Below, piece after piece: positions 40,365 through 51,606 of a stretch of DNA of 64,000 nt. The translations under genes and the position numbers were made by a program. Within the stretch, counting starts at the first letter, position 1. The number at the start of each line of letters is the position of its first letter. Location: contig OZ244717.1 in assembly GCA_965218975.1 (NCBI GenBank), positions 1,600,001 through 1,664,000 on the forward strand. The letters are read 5' to 3'. This DNA is from Candidatus Oxydemutatoraceae bacterium (lineage in GTDB: Bacteria > Pseudomonadota > Gammaproteobacteria > Poriferisulfidales > Oxydemutatoraceae). Below the pieces are notes generated by a model, which was not told where the DNA came from, ran no database searches, and worked only from the letters and a program-made list of their open reading frames with translations.

Positions 40365-40705
40365 TCAGAGTATGGAGAGCTGTTTGGGTGCGCTTTCTGT
40401 TGGAATGCGTTTTGAACCATAGTAAACACGCATACGCTCAAATTGCTTCTCGGTTATTTTCAGGATACGCACTTCTCCTTTAGGGGGAAGTATTCGCATG
40501 ATTCGTTTACAGTGCACTTCGGCGCTTTCGTCGCTAGCGCAGTGTCGAGTGTAAACCGAATATTGCAACATCACGAAGCCATCTTTGATTAGTTTTTTAC
40601 GAAATTGCGTATATTGGCGGAGGTCGGTCTTAGTTTCTGTCGGCAGATCAAAAAGTACCATTGTCCACAAGCTGCGAAACCCCCCAAAAGTAATGTTTCT
40701 TTCAT
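40365..40705 (-). CDS. cas2: CRISPR-associated Cas2 (start uncertain)
   Basis: WTMVLFDLPT, FRKKLIKDGFVMLQYSVY, LPPKGEVRIL.ITEKQF. Confidence 0.93.
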
Positions 40706-40708
40706 TCC

Positions 40709-41596
40709 TCACGCAGAAACTGGAATGATGAGCTTGCCTTTGCGTGTTTCCAGTATTTCGCGCAGACTCGAACAATACGTTGCCAGTGCGCTCATAAGAG
40801 GCATTTTACGTTTTTTTACCAAAACCTGGGTGCTGAGTATTTCCAGTAAACTATTTTTTGCATTGCGGTCAAGCCCGTTAAATATCTCGGCTTGTAACAA
40901 TTCTGCAGCACATTGATCAACCAATGGCCGCAGGGGCTCCATAATGTCGTCCGCCAAGCAAAAAACATTGTATTGATTATGGTGGTGTACCCCAAAAGCG
41001 GGGTGCAGACCTGCTCCCATAAGCGCACGGGAACATGCAGTGCGAATTAAACTATAGCCATAGTTTAACAATACATTGATATCGCCTGAGCCATCTTGGT
41101 CGCATCTGAATCTTTTGCCGAAAAGCAACTTGAAATAGATACGGGTGGCTTGTGCCTCATGGTTGTTAATATCATTAGGCTGAACAGTTTTTGCCAGCCG
41201 CGCTAACGGGACGCTCTCTATACCGCGCATGAGCGCTAATGTCGTTGCCTGCGCATTGATTTTAGCCCGAATGATCTGTTGCCAAACGACATGCCGTGTT
41301 TCTTCCGGGGCGGAAGCCTGCATCCGCATAATTTTACCTTGGGTGCTATGGGCATCAAGCGCAAGCAACATGGAAGTCGGCAAATGACTCTCGTCGGTGA
41401 TAATGAGCGCGACATTCTGCTTTGCGCAATGTCGAAACACGCTTTGGCTGCAAGTAATTTGCGGATTATCCAGTATTAGAAAACCAATATCTTCAAAAGA
41501 AATACTATGCCTACCCTCGTTATTCTGAATGATCAGTTGGTTTAGGTTCACGCGAAGGCGTGCCGCAGAAGCAACCTCTATAATTCTACGAATCAT
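40709..41596 (-). CDS. cas1: type II Cas1
   Basis: NHEAQA..YF, LNYGYS, GVHHHN..FCLADDIMEPLRP. Confidence 0.96.
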   Translation of the reverse strand: MIRRIIEVASAARLRVNLNQLIIQNNEGRHSISFEDIGFLILDNPQITCSQSVFRHCAKQNVALIITDESHLPTSMLLALDAHSTQGKIMRMQASAPEETRHVVWQQIIRAKINAQATTLALMRGIESVPLARLAKTVQPNDINNHEAQATRIYFKLLFGKRFRCDQDGSGDINVLLNYGYSLIRTACSRALMGAGLHPAFGVHHHNQYNVFCLADDIMEPLRPLVDQCAAELLQAEIFNGLDRNAKNSLLEILSTQVLVKKRKMPLMSALATYCSSLREILETRKGKLIIPVSA

Positions 41597-42911
41597 CCGG
41601 CAACCGACCTAAATTACCTAGTTGCGCTTTGCTAAAATTTATTTCGGACAATGATGATATGTTCCATAATCCCCAATCAGTATCGGTTCCGGAAACACTA
41701 TGGTGGCGCAGATAAAGCTTTAACTGATTTCCTGATTTGCTCATTTTTTGCACCCTGAAATAGGGGGTTGCTCTATGTTCGGGGGCAAAGTTATCCTTAT
41801 CCTTCTCAAAGGCGCCTGAGTCATCGCATCGCACCATGTCGTTATTGCACAGATGCAATTCGTAATACCATTCGCCTTCCCACTCTTCAGGTGGCATCTT
41901 ATTGATAATGGGCTGTCTGGTGCTTGCGCGTCTTACCGCCTCCAACATAGTGACCATGAGAAACTTTCTTTTTCTTTTCTTTCCTTCCTCACCGTTATGA
42001 AAAAGCGCAAAATGGTGGTTACTACCAGTCTGAACATAAGAATTCGCTATTTTTAGATAGGATTTCGTTTTGGTTTGAGCGCGACGCACACGTCGAATCG
42101 GTGTACTGAGCTCGCCTTTTTTGTTGATTACCCGTGGCGGTGTGTTGCTTAAAACTTTTTGTATTTCTCCAGATTTTTTTCCGACCAGATTATGCTCATC
42201 CAACCATTGATAAAGAACCTTGTGAATAGACTCTTCGGCAATCCATGTTTGCCCGGTGTGATTATGCCAGTCCCTGTCTTTAATTTTTTTCAGCAGCGCA
42301 CCATCTAATTCTTTGCGAGAAACCACCCATTCATTTCCATCACGTAATTTGACGCCGAATAGCGTCTCTTCGTGTAACGCGCCCCATATTTTTCGTTTTG
42401 TCATATGAGATACAACAGTCCTGTTCAGTCGGTCACGCAGAATATTGCGTACATCACCATCAGCTTGCCAGCTTTCGGGCAGTATAAGACGTCTTTCCTT
42501 AATCCATTCCTGTTTGGTTTTTCGACGCGACGGATTTTTATCATCTTGCTCTTGTTTATGCACTTCTATCATCGCTTTGAGCATGGCGCGATCGGTAATA
42601 GCGACAACAAAGGCATCCACCGCATGATGGCGGTGGTCCCGACGTGACTTTTCGGCTCGGATTGCCCTATATTGCAAGACCGTTTCACCGTCGTCATTAT
42701 CGCCATCTAACTGTTCGTATGCTCCGGAATCAGGTTGCTTAGGCAAAATATCATTCAGTCCCAACCGACGGCGTAATTCAGCAGTTGCCGCCCCAATGCC
42801 TATATCAACAGGCACGCCGTATTTTTCCAGCATCTTTTTGGAGGCAGTTGCGATATCATGTCCCTTCAATACATTCTCGTAAAATAGGATTTTTTGCATT
42901 CCTGAATTATC

Positions 42912-42927
42912 ATCTTACCGGTAAGAT
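42912..42927. promoter_or_regulatory. perfect 16-bp palindrome, probable operator carried by the insert
   Basis: ATCTTACCGGTAAGAT upstream of the DUF2306 gene. Confidence 0.5.
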
Positions 42928-42992
42928 ACAATACTAACAGAGATCTGGGCACCATCGGTTGACCCAGCCATAGCCCCGCAAGGACCACTGCC

Positions 42993-43400
42993 ATGACCCT
43001 CGCCCCCCTGCTCAACGCGGCCCAGCCCATCCCTCCCCACACCATCCTGGCCTTTGCCGCAGTCGTCGTCGGCGGCCTCCAGCTCCTAATGCCCAAGGGC
43101 ACCCGCAGGCACCTGCTGATGGGATACAGCTGGGTCGGTTTGCTGGCCTTTGTCGCCATCAGCGGCTTTTTCATTCATGAACTCAGGCTCTGGGGGCCAT
43201 TCAGCCCGGTCCACATCCTCAGTGCCTTCACCCTCTTGTCCATCTGGTGGGCAGTCTCGGCCGCGCGATCGGGCAACATCAGAAGGCATCAGCGCCTTAT
43301 GACGATTTTGTACGGCCTCGCGCTGATCCTGACCGGTGCCTTCACCTTCCTCCCCGGGCGCATCATGCATGAGGTCATAACAGGAACGGGTGCCATTTAA
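42993..43400 (+). CDS. DUF2306-like membrane protein inserted antisense within cas9
   Basis: KGTRRH..GYSWV, SGFFIH, GPFSPVHILS, FTFLPGRIMH; AAGGA RBS; visibly more GC-rich than cas9. Confidence 0.85.
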   Translation: MTLAPLLNAAQPIPPHTILAFAAVVVGGLQLLMPKGTRRHLLMGYSWVGLLAFVAISGFFIHELRLWGPFSPVHILSAFTLLSIWWAVSAARSGNIRRHQRLMTILYGLALILTGAFTFLPGRIMHEVITGTGAI

Positions 43401-45749
43401 TTGACGTTCAACAAACTCGCCCTCACCCTCGGGGTTGTGTTGTGTTTTAAGGATATTTCGTTTTTTGGGCTGCAAAGGGCCTTTGTAATGCTCTTTAGCA
43501 AACTGTTATATGCTAAGCCAACGATCCTGATCATGACCCCACGCTTCATAAGAAGTACGTTGCCCCTTTTCCGCATTGCAGCTGTAACAGCTGACAACCG
43601 TATTCATATAGTTTTGACTGAATCCGGTATATGGCAAGATATGCTCTATTTCCGCGTTGCCGGAAAATAAGTCGTTAATACTGATCGGCTTACCGCAATA
43701 AAGGCATTTCTCTTCTTGTTCATTTTTCCACATTTTGTACTTGTTTCTATCGTCAGGATTGACGCGACGTACTCCGCTGCGCATCTCTTCCAAAGAAATG
43801 TTGGGGTTTCCTTCGTTATAAAACTTTAAGATTTCTTCTTCTGCGGTTTCATTCAGCTTTCTGTTTTCTCTTTGCCGGCTTGCTATTTTCTTGCGGTGTT
43901 CTTTGGAAGATTTCATTTCACGTGCCATCTCCACCCGGATAATGGCAGGCTTGCCGTAGCACCTAATAATGGAGTTAATTACGCGGCGTATCTCATATAA
44001 AGCCTTTTGCACAATGGGGTTGGCAATGTTAGGAACATCTTGAACACTTAATAAAAAGTCTTCTTCAGTTTCTTTGATAGGTTTGGTTATGCTTTCGCGT
44101 TGGCCTATTTCCTCCACCGCCCGGTAATAATCAAGACCTCTACGGAGATGCGGCAAAAGCGCGTTAATTGCCTTGAGGCTATGTTTCCCATAATCGCTTT
44201 CTATACCCTCGTTCATCGCAAGCCCCAAAGCGCCTTCCGTGAGGCTGCCTCCGGCTTGGTAGCACGGAAACTTCCAATGCCTAATCAGTCTGTCGTATAA
44301 GGCTTTTTTGTTATGCATGGTGATTAGATCTTCGACCAGCTCAGTTTGTTCTTTCTCACTCAACTGTTCCCATTCACTTGTACCGATGGAACGACTGATT
44401 GCCTGCATGGTTTTATTTCCCGGTACTCCGGTTTTGCCTCCGTCATCACTTTCTCGATTGTAATTTATAGCTTTTCGTTTCACGCCCAACGCATCGGCAA
44501 TTTTTTTCCAGGAAATGCGCCCGTGATTATTTAACTCATCAGGATTATTAGACAAATCCAAAAGCTGCTGTCGTTGTGCCGAATCGAGTCGGGTTCCGTC
44601 AATTCTAATATTATTAATCATCTGTAAAGTGCGGAATTCTTGAAACTCCAACCGCGCCATAGCTGCACGTTTTTTATGCGGGAAGATATTACAGTTACCG
44701 ACTTTGTTCTTTTGTAGTTGTAAGGGACGCTGGTCAAAAATCTTTTCTTTTACGGATCGCGCTTCTTCGTCCGACAACTTATAAAAAGTATTTTGTTTCT
44801 GCCAAATCGCATCAAATTCTTTTTCGTGCATTTCACGTTCAGCACGTAACTGTAACCGTTTACCTCCCGGTGCCTGTTCATCTTCCGGCACATCGAAAAG
44901 CGTGACGCGCTGGGGCGGCATCCGTCTGCGCTGAGATTCTTCCCAGATGAATTGTCCGATGGTTCTATTGCCTAATTTTTTTCTTAATTTTTTGATGCCC
45001 GACAATACCGGCGATACACGGCGTCTATCTTCCTTGTCTGCCATAGTGGACGTATCGTCTTTCAGGGTCGCAATATAAAATTCAGGCTTTGCAAAATTCA
45101 AGGATTTTATGAGATCGATATACTTTGCGCCGCGATTGCTGAAGTAGCCGCGTCTGCGCTGCAGATGTAGTAATAATCTCCCGAATTCATACGGTTCCAG
45201 TTTTTCCTCAAGAGAAAAATTGCGCATGGCGTACGAGGAGCAATAGAATTTTTCCGTCACAAGCCATTTATTAGACCACTTCTTTCCAAGCTTGCGTTCA
45301 GCGTACTTGCGGTCAATCTCATTGAGTATTTTTTCCGGATTCTGTGAATAATCATCAGGCAACAAACCTTTATTGACAAGTATTTCCAAAAGCTTTCTGC
45401 GTCTTCTTTTGTAATATGCGCGGCGATTACACGCACCGCGAGCCATGCGCCGTTTCTGGTTTTTAGGTACTTCGTTTTTTGCTTCGACCATCTCCAAAAA
45501 AATACGGGAATTCAAGGCACGTAAAGAGGTGGACTTGTACCCGGCATAAATTCCTTGATGCTCCCCTTGTTCTTTTTCACAATCCACCACGGCCCAACCG
45601 ATAGAGTTAGTACCGACGTCTAAACCTAAGATGTAAGGGTTGGAATTCATATACTCAAAAATAAGCTACGATCTGTTCGTTAATAATCAGCATTCACATT
45701 GCAAAGCCTGAATTTTATATAGTATATTACTAGATATATATAGTAGGAC

Positions 45750-46011
45750 AAATATCGGATCGGCCACCTTTTTTATTGACAGCCAAGAGTCTGGTTTATT
45801 TCTAAACACGTATAGATTGTATCAATCATAAAGAAAACCTATTATTCGCCGATATGGAAATATTCAATGATCGGGTATCAAGGTATTTAAAATGGGGTAT
45901 AAGCCGCACTGTCTTTATGCTGATAGCGAACAGAAAGCATTGATCCGAATCCTGCTGCCGAATACTTTCTCCGAAGCTTTTCAAAAATCTCATTTAAAGT
46001 GGCATCGTACA
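45750..46011. mobile_element. two degenerate IS481 end remnants upstream of cas9
   Basis: 45750-45813 is a reverse copy of the 31321-type end; ~45830-46011 resembles the C-terminal segment ending GTGGCATCGTACA. Confidence 0.7.
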
Positions 46012-46055
46012 TACACCGGCACCAATACAACACCGGGCTGCTTGACTAAATTGAT

Positions 46056-47234
46056 ATGCACGGCGATTTGACTTTTACAGTTTTCTTAATTTTTACCGGC
46101 GCCGCCATCGTTACGACGTTAGCGCTATACCTACGACAAATGATGATTGTCGCTTATATTGCCGTCGGTATACTGCTCGGTCCCGCAGGCTACGGAGTAG
46201 TCGAAGATACCGAGCGCATCAGCCAAATTTCGCATATAGGCATTACTTTTTTGCTGTTCCTACTCGGCACGGATATGTCACCGGTCAAACTATTGAAGCT
46301 ATTGCGCTCGACTACTTTGATCACCGGCATTAGTTCAGTGATATTCGGCACTGTTGGCTATACTTTCGGGCAAATTTTCGGATTAAATCAAATCGACAGT
46401 ATCATTTTAGGCGTTACTCTAATGTTCTCAAGCACGATCATCGGGCTAAAACTGCTGCCGACAACTGTGCTGCATCATAAATTGACCGGTGAAGTCATCA
46501 TCAGCATCCTCTTGCTCCAAGATATGTTGGCAATCATCACTTTGCTCTTGCTACAAACTTTCTCCGCCGAGCCTAAGATGGGACACAGCGTCATTTGGGC
46601 CGCAACGCTGACAATAGTTTACTTGCCGTTGTTAATATCGGTTGCTTGGTTGCTTCACCGTTTCGTCATCATAAAATTAATGATGCGTTTCGACCAATTG
46701 CGTGAATATATTTTCTTACTCGCCATCGGTTGGTGCCTTGGAATCGCAGAATTGGCGCGTTATTTGGGTCTTTCAAGTGAAATCGGCGCCTTCATTGCCG
46801 GAATTATTCTCGCAGCAAACCCGATCGCGCTTTATATTACCGAATCGCTCAAGCCGATTCGCGATTTTTTTCTAATCATCTTCTTTTTCTCTCTCGGCGC
46901 AAGCGTTGAATTGGATGCCCTGCAAGCAGCAATTGTTCCCGCAATGATTTTAGCGGCAATCATTCTGGCAACTAAGCCGTATACCTTGCACAAATTGGTG
47001 CGAATATTCGGTGCAGATAAAGAGCGATCAATGGAAGTCGGAGTTCGGCTCGGGCAAGGCAGCGAATTCTCTTTATTAATTGCGACACTTGCACTGCAGC
47101 TAGGAATTATTTCTGCATTCGCTTCTTACTTAATTCAAATCGTTACGCTATTGACATTTATCATATCGCCTTACTTTATCGTTTTGAAATATCCGAATCC
47201 ATTGGCGTTAAACGATCGGCTAAGACGCGACTAA
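46056..47234 (+). CDS. CPA2-family cation:proton antiporter
   Basis: AYIAVGILLGP, FSSTII, LLLQD, GAFIAG, LGQGSEFS. Confidence 0.9.
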   Translation: MHGDLTFTVFLIFTGAAIVTTLALYLRQMMIVAYIAVGILLGPAGYGVVEDTERISQISHIGITFLLFLLGTDMSPVKLLKLLRSTTLITGISSVIFGTVGYTFGQIFGLNQIDSIILGVTLMFSSTIIGLKLLPTTVLHHKLTGEVIISILLLQDMLAIITLLLLQTFSAEPKMGHSVIWAATLTIVYLPLLISVAWLLHRFVIIKLMMRFDQLREYIFLLAIGWCLGIAELARYLGLSSEIGAFIAGIILAANPIALYITESLKPIRDFFLIIFFFSLGASVELDALQAAIVPAMILAAIILATKPYTLHKLVRIFGADKERSMEVGVRLGQGSEFSLLIATLALQLGIISAFASYLIQIVTLLTFIISPYFIVLKYPNPLALNDRLRRD

Positions 47235-47331
47235 AACAAGCGGAGTCATCGTTTTGATTTACTTCGGGACGGCGTAAACATCTGCCACCTCTCCTTTACA
47301 ATAAAAAAACCATAATGAAATGATGGCGCAT

Positions 47332-48741
47332 TCAATCTTTTTGTTTCATCTGAGGAAACAAGATAACATCGCGGATTGATTCTGCCCCTGTTATCAACAT
47401 CACCATACGATCAATCCCGATGCCGGCACCGGCAGTCGGTGGCATCCCATATTCCAGCGCAGCGATATAATCTTCATCGTAGTCCATCGCTTCCTCATCG
47501 CCTGCCGCTTTTTCTTGTATTTGTTGCTCAAAGCGTTTTTTTTGTTCTTCGGGATCATTCAGCTCAGAAAATCCGTTAGCAATCTCTTTGCCATCAACAA
47601 ACAATTCAAAGCGATCAACATAATTCGGGTTTTCATCATTACATCGCGCAAGCGGCGAGACCGAAACCGGATAATGTGTGATAAAAGTGGGACGCTTTAA
47701 TTGTTTTTCAACCGTTTTCTCGAAAATCTCTACCAGCAATTTTCCTGCGTCATCCTGAGCTTGAACCGTCATGCCTAATTTATTTTTAATATAATCGGCA
47801 AGCACGATTTGATCTTCCAAATCTTCTCCGCGCAAATCATCGCAGTGTTTAACGACGGCATCAACCATTCGCATTTTTTGAAACGGCGCGGAAAAACAGA
47901 TGGCAGATGATTTCGAATTATAAAATTTCCCGGCAATCTCTCGTAAAAATGTTTCAATGAACGACATTAAACCCACATAGTCGTTATACGCTTCATAAAA
48001 TTCCAGCATTGTAAACTCGGGATTATGCTGTGCCGAGATACCTTCATTACGGAAACTACGATTGATTTCGTATACTTTTTCAATGCCGCCGACAATTAAC
48101 CGTTTCAGATACAGCTCCGGAGCGACTCGCAAATATAAATCCATCGCAAGCGCATTGTGATATGTTTGAAATGGCTTGGCTCTTGCTCCCCCTGCCAGCG
48201 GATGCATCATCGGTGTTTCCACTTCGCAAAAACCATGATCATTAAAGTAACGGCGCGTATAGGCAATCATCTCGGAACGTTTATTAAAGACCGTACGTAC
48301 CGCTTTATTGGTAATCAAATCAAGATGGCGCTTACGATAACGCTGTTCAATGTCCCGCAAGCCGTGAAATTTTTCCGGTAAAACCCGTCGCACTTTCACT
48401 AACAAAGATATTTCATTGACTCGAACGCTAATCACACCGATTTTTGTCTTCATCAGCACCCCTTTGACGCCGATGATGTCCCCTCGCCGACATTGCTTAA
48501 ATTTAGCAAAAGCATGCTCACTGACACCGCCGCTTACCGTGCTATTCGCTACTCTGACAAGCAGTTGAATTGTGCCGCTCATATCCTGCAAGTCGGCAAA
48601 AATACTTTTACCCATATCATTAACTCGCATGATGCGGCCCGCAACTGAAATTTTCTCATGCTCAAACTCGGCAGCATGATTATTTAAGTCATAGGCGAAA
48701 TGTTGACGGCGGAAATGATTCGGATAACGCTGCTGAGTCAC
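47332..48741 (-). CDS. lysS: lysine--tRNA ligase
   Basis: LPEKFHGL, LRVAPELYLKRL, HNPEFT, YGMPPTAG.GIGIDR. Confidence 0.98.
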   Translation of the reverse strand: MTQQRYPNHFRRQHFAYDLNNHAAEFEHEKISVAGRIMRVNDMGKSIFADLQDMSGTIQLLVRVANSTVSGGVSEHAFAKFKQCRRGDIIGVKGVLMKTKIGVISVRVNEISLLVKVRRVLPEKFHGLRDIEQRYRKRHLDLITNKAVRTVFNKRSEMIAYTRRYFNDHGFCEVETPMMHPLAGGARAKPFQTYHNALAMDLYLRVAPELYLKRLIVGGIEKVYEINRSFRNEGISAQHNPEFTMLEFYEAYNDYVGLMSFIETFLREIAGKFYNSKSSAICFSAPFQKMRMVDAVVKHCDDLRGEDLEDQIVLADYIKNKLGMTVQAQDDAGKLLVEIFEKTVEKQLKRPTFITHYPVSVSPLARCNDENPNYVDRFELFVDGKEIANGFSELNDPEEQKKRFEQQIQEKAAGDEEAMDYDEDYIAALEYGMPPTAGAGIGIDRMVMLITGAESIRDVILFPQMKQKD

Positions 48742-48745
48742 GCTC

Positions 48746-49844
48746 TTAAAATCCTTGTTTTAAGCTTTCTTCAATAAAAGAATCTAGTTTGCCATCCAAT
48801 ATTGCCTGTACGTTGCCGGTTTCATATCGGGTACGTAAATCTTTAATCCGCGATTGGTCCAATACATACGACCGAATTTGACTCCCCCAGCCAATATCCG
48901 ACTTTGAATCTTCAATCTTCTTCTGCTCGCTCTGCCGTTTGCGCATTTCCATTTCATACAATTTTGCTTTCAGCTGTTTCATCGCCATATCACGATTTTT
49001 ATGCTGCGATCTTTCATTTTGGCACTGGGTGACAATATTGGTCGGTAAATGTGTCAATCGTACCGCGGATTCCGTTTTGTTCACGTGCTGACCGCCTGCT
49101 CCGCTCGCACGGTAAACATCTGTGCGGACATCCTCCGGCTTGATTTCAACTTCAATGCTGTCATCCACTTCGGGAGAAACAAATATCGCGGCAAAAGAAG
49201 TATGTCGGCGATTGCCGGAATCAAAAGGTGATTTTCTAACCAAGCGATGCACTCCGGTTTCGGTTCTTAACCAACCATAAGCAAACTCTCCGGACACTTT
49301 GACTGCCGCACTTTTAATACCGGCGACCTCGCCGGGAGACACTTCGATCATCTCGGTTGCAAAGTTATGACTTTCCGCCCAGCGCAAATACATTCGCAAT
49401 AGCATCTCCGCCCAATCTTGCGCTTCGGTGCCGCCTGAACCCGCATTGACATCCAAAAACGCATGATTGGCATCCATCTCTCCGGAGAACATACGTTGAA
49501 ATTCCAGTTGATCAACTTTCTCCGTCAATACATGCAGATCGTTGAATATCGACTCAACAGTTTCAACATCGCCTTCATCTTCCGCCAGCATGATTAACTC
49601 TGCGGTTGCTTTTAAATCCCTTTGCAGTTTATCCAGATTTTCAACAACACGCCCCACCGCCGCTTTTTCCCGACCCAATCTCAGCACTGCATCATGTTGC
49701 TTCCAGATCTCGGGGTTTTCTAACTCTTGAGTCAGCGCTCGATAGCGCACATATTTGGCATCATAGTCAAAGGTACCCCCTCAGCGCATCGGCGCGGATT
49801 TCAAGCTCTTTTTGGAGTTGTTTAACTAAACTAATTTCTGCCAT
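48746..49844 (-). CDS. prfB: peptide chain release factor 2 with programmed +1 frameshift
   Basis: ATG 49844 [14 protein letters not shown] then CTT TGA C; SPF and GGQ motifs. Confidence 0.97.
49766..49781 (-). promoter_or_regulatory. RF2 autoregulatory frameshift cassette
   Basis: AGGGGG-TAC-CTTTGAC. Confidence 0.95.
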
Positions 49845-49851
49845 AACGATC

Positions 49852-51606
49852 CTATTCGTTAACAATTTCTATGTATTGAATATTTAAAATTACCGATTGT
49901 CGCCCATTGTACTCATCCGTATCTAACTGATAAACAATTCGCACTTTGGCGCAGTCTTTTTCAATATCGTAATCTCCACGCACTCCTATCTTATTACCAA
50001 CCGGATTATGGTAGTTAAACATGATTGCACGCAACGGCGATTCGGATTTCTGAACGTTACATAATAGCAGTTTTAAGTGTTTATCAGCGACAATTTTCTT
50101 TTCAATAATTACAAAAATGCCATCAAACAATGGTTGGGGGAAATCTTTGCCCCAAGGCGCTGCCATACGAATCTGCTCCGCCGTTCCATAACAAATATCA
50201 TCGGAGCGCAACGCACCGTCGCTGAGTAAGCGATGCTGTAAGATATTCTTCTTGAGGCAATGATTCACTTGTTCAAAAAACTTCTGCTTGAATCTCGCGA
50301 AATGCGCTTGTGATAAAACTAAGCCGGCAGCCATCGCATGACCACCGAATTGAACAATTAAGTTTCGTTCTGCAACGGCAATTTTTTCAATCAAGTCGCG
50401 GATATGCACTCCATCTATGGAACGCGCCGAACCTTTTAACAAACCGTTGCCGGATTTTGCGAAAATGATTGCCGGACGGTAAAAATAATCTTTTAGCCGC
50501 GATGCGACGATCCCAATTACACCCTCATGCCAAGACGGATGAAACAAGCAAATCCCGGATTGCATACCTAATTCAGTAAGCTCATCAAGAATCAACCATG
50601 CATCTTCCTGCATTTTTTGCTCAATTTTTTTACGCGAAATATTATATTGATTTAGCTGCGTTGCTAGCGCGTATGCTTCGCCATCGTCTTCCGTCAATAA
50701 GCAGGCGATCCCGGTCGCGGTATTTTCCAAACGCCCGGCAGCATTTAACCTTGGGCCCACTCCAAAAGCCAAATCGGCCGAGACTACTTTATTCGGATTA
50801 CGTTTGGCGATGCGTAAAATTGCTCGAATACCCACTGCACATTTCCCGCTGCGGATACGCCGCAAACCTTGTTCAACCAAAATGCGATTGTCTTTATCCA
50901 AAGCGACCATATCGGCAATCGTTCCGACTGCAACTAAATCAAGCAAATCACCCAAACATACTTGCGTCGTATCCACCAAGCCTTGTGCCGCAAGATGACG
51001 ACGTAGAGCAATCATCAAATAAAATGCCACTCCGACACCGGCAAGCGACTTACATGGAAATTTTGAGCCCTCCAAACACGGATTGACGATCGCATCGGCG
51101 ATCGGCAACTCCACACCGGGTAAGTGATGATCGGTAATAACAACATTTAGCCCAGCAGATTTTGCTGCCGCAACACCTTCCACGCTAGCAATTCCATTGT
51201 CCACTGTAATTAGTAAATCGGGAGATTTCTCGACAATTGCAGCTTCAACAATCGGCACGGATAATCCGTAACCGAAACGAAACCGATCAGGCACCATATA
51301 AGCAATATTTCGATAACCGAGCAGGCGTAAAGATTTCATCAAAACGGCAATGCCGGCAGTACCGTCGGCATCATAGTCACCGATAATCAGGATACGCGAT
51401 TGAATGCGGTGCGCTCGCTCAAGCACTGTCACTGCTTCTTTCGCCCCCGGCAACAATTCATCGAATGAAAGACGTCGCAAACTATAATCAACCTCCTCCA
51501 TCGAGTTAATCCCGCGCGCCTCATATAGCCGCCGCAAAATTGCCGGTAACGCAGCATCGTCGGGTAATCGTCCGCATGCTTTACGTTGCGCAATTTGTAT
51601 GCGCAT
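49852..51606 (-). CDS. recJ: ssDNA exonuclease RecJ
   Basis: GDYDADG, ITVDNG, ITDHH, GPRLNAAGRL, GGHAMAAG. Confidence 0.97.
   Translation of the reverse strand: MRIQIAQRKACGRLPDDAALPAILRRLYEARGINSMEEVDYSLRRLSFDELLPGAKEAVTVLERAHRIQSRILIIGDYDADGTAGIAVLMKSLRLLGYRNIAYMVPDRFRFGYGLSVPIVEAAIVEKSPDLLITVDNGIASVEGVAAAKSAGLNVVITDHHLPGVELPIADAIVNPCLEGSKFPCKSLAGVGVAFYLMIALRRHLAAQGLVDTTQVCLGDLLDLVAVGTIADMVALDKDNRILVEQGLRRIRSGKCAVGIRAILRIAKRNPNKVVSADLAFGVGPRLNAAGRLENTATGIACLLTEDDGEAYALATQLNQYNISRKKIEQKMQEDAWLILDELTELGMQSGICLFHPSWHEGVIGIVASRLKDYFYRPAIIFAKSGNGLLKGSARSIDGVHIRDLIEKIAVAERNLIVQFGGHAMAAGLVLSQAHFARFKQKFFEQVNHCLKKNILQHRLLSDGALRSDDICYGTAEQIRMAAPWGKDFPQPLFDGIFVIIEKKIVADKHLKLLLCNVQKSESPLRAIMFNYHNPVGNKIGVRGDYDIEKDCAKVRIVYQLDTDEYNGRQSVILNIQYIEIVNE

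Larger units (their letters stand above)
41586..45650 (-). pseudogene. cas9: type II-C Cas9 interrupted by an in-frame stop (43506-43508) and a 528-bp insert (42857-43384); ~1178 aa if repaired
   Basis: RuvC-I GLDVGTNSIGW, bridge helix, NPIVQKAL..VEMARE, HNH EIEHILP..CNAEKG, FVERQLN, RuvC-III HHAVDA; no csn2 or cas4. Confidence 0.93.

Noticed and set aside
42857-43384. cas9 insert as intein, intron or integron cassette
   Set aside because: Contains a stop in the cas9 frame, no intein or intron motifs and no recognisable attC
49741-49844. prfB as a pseudogene
   Set aside because: Canonical programmed frameshift
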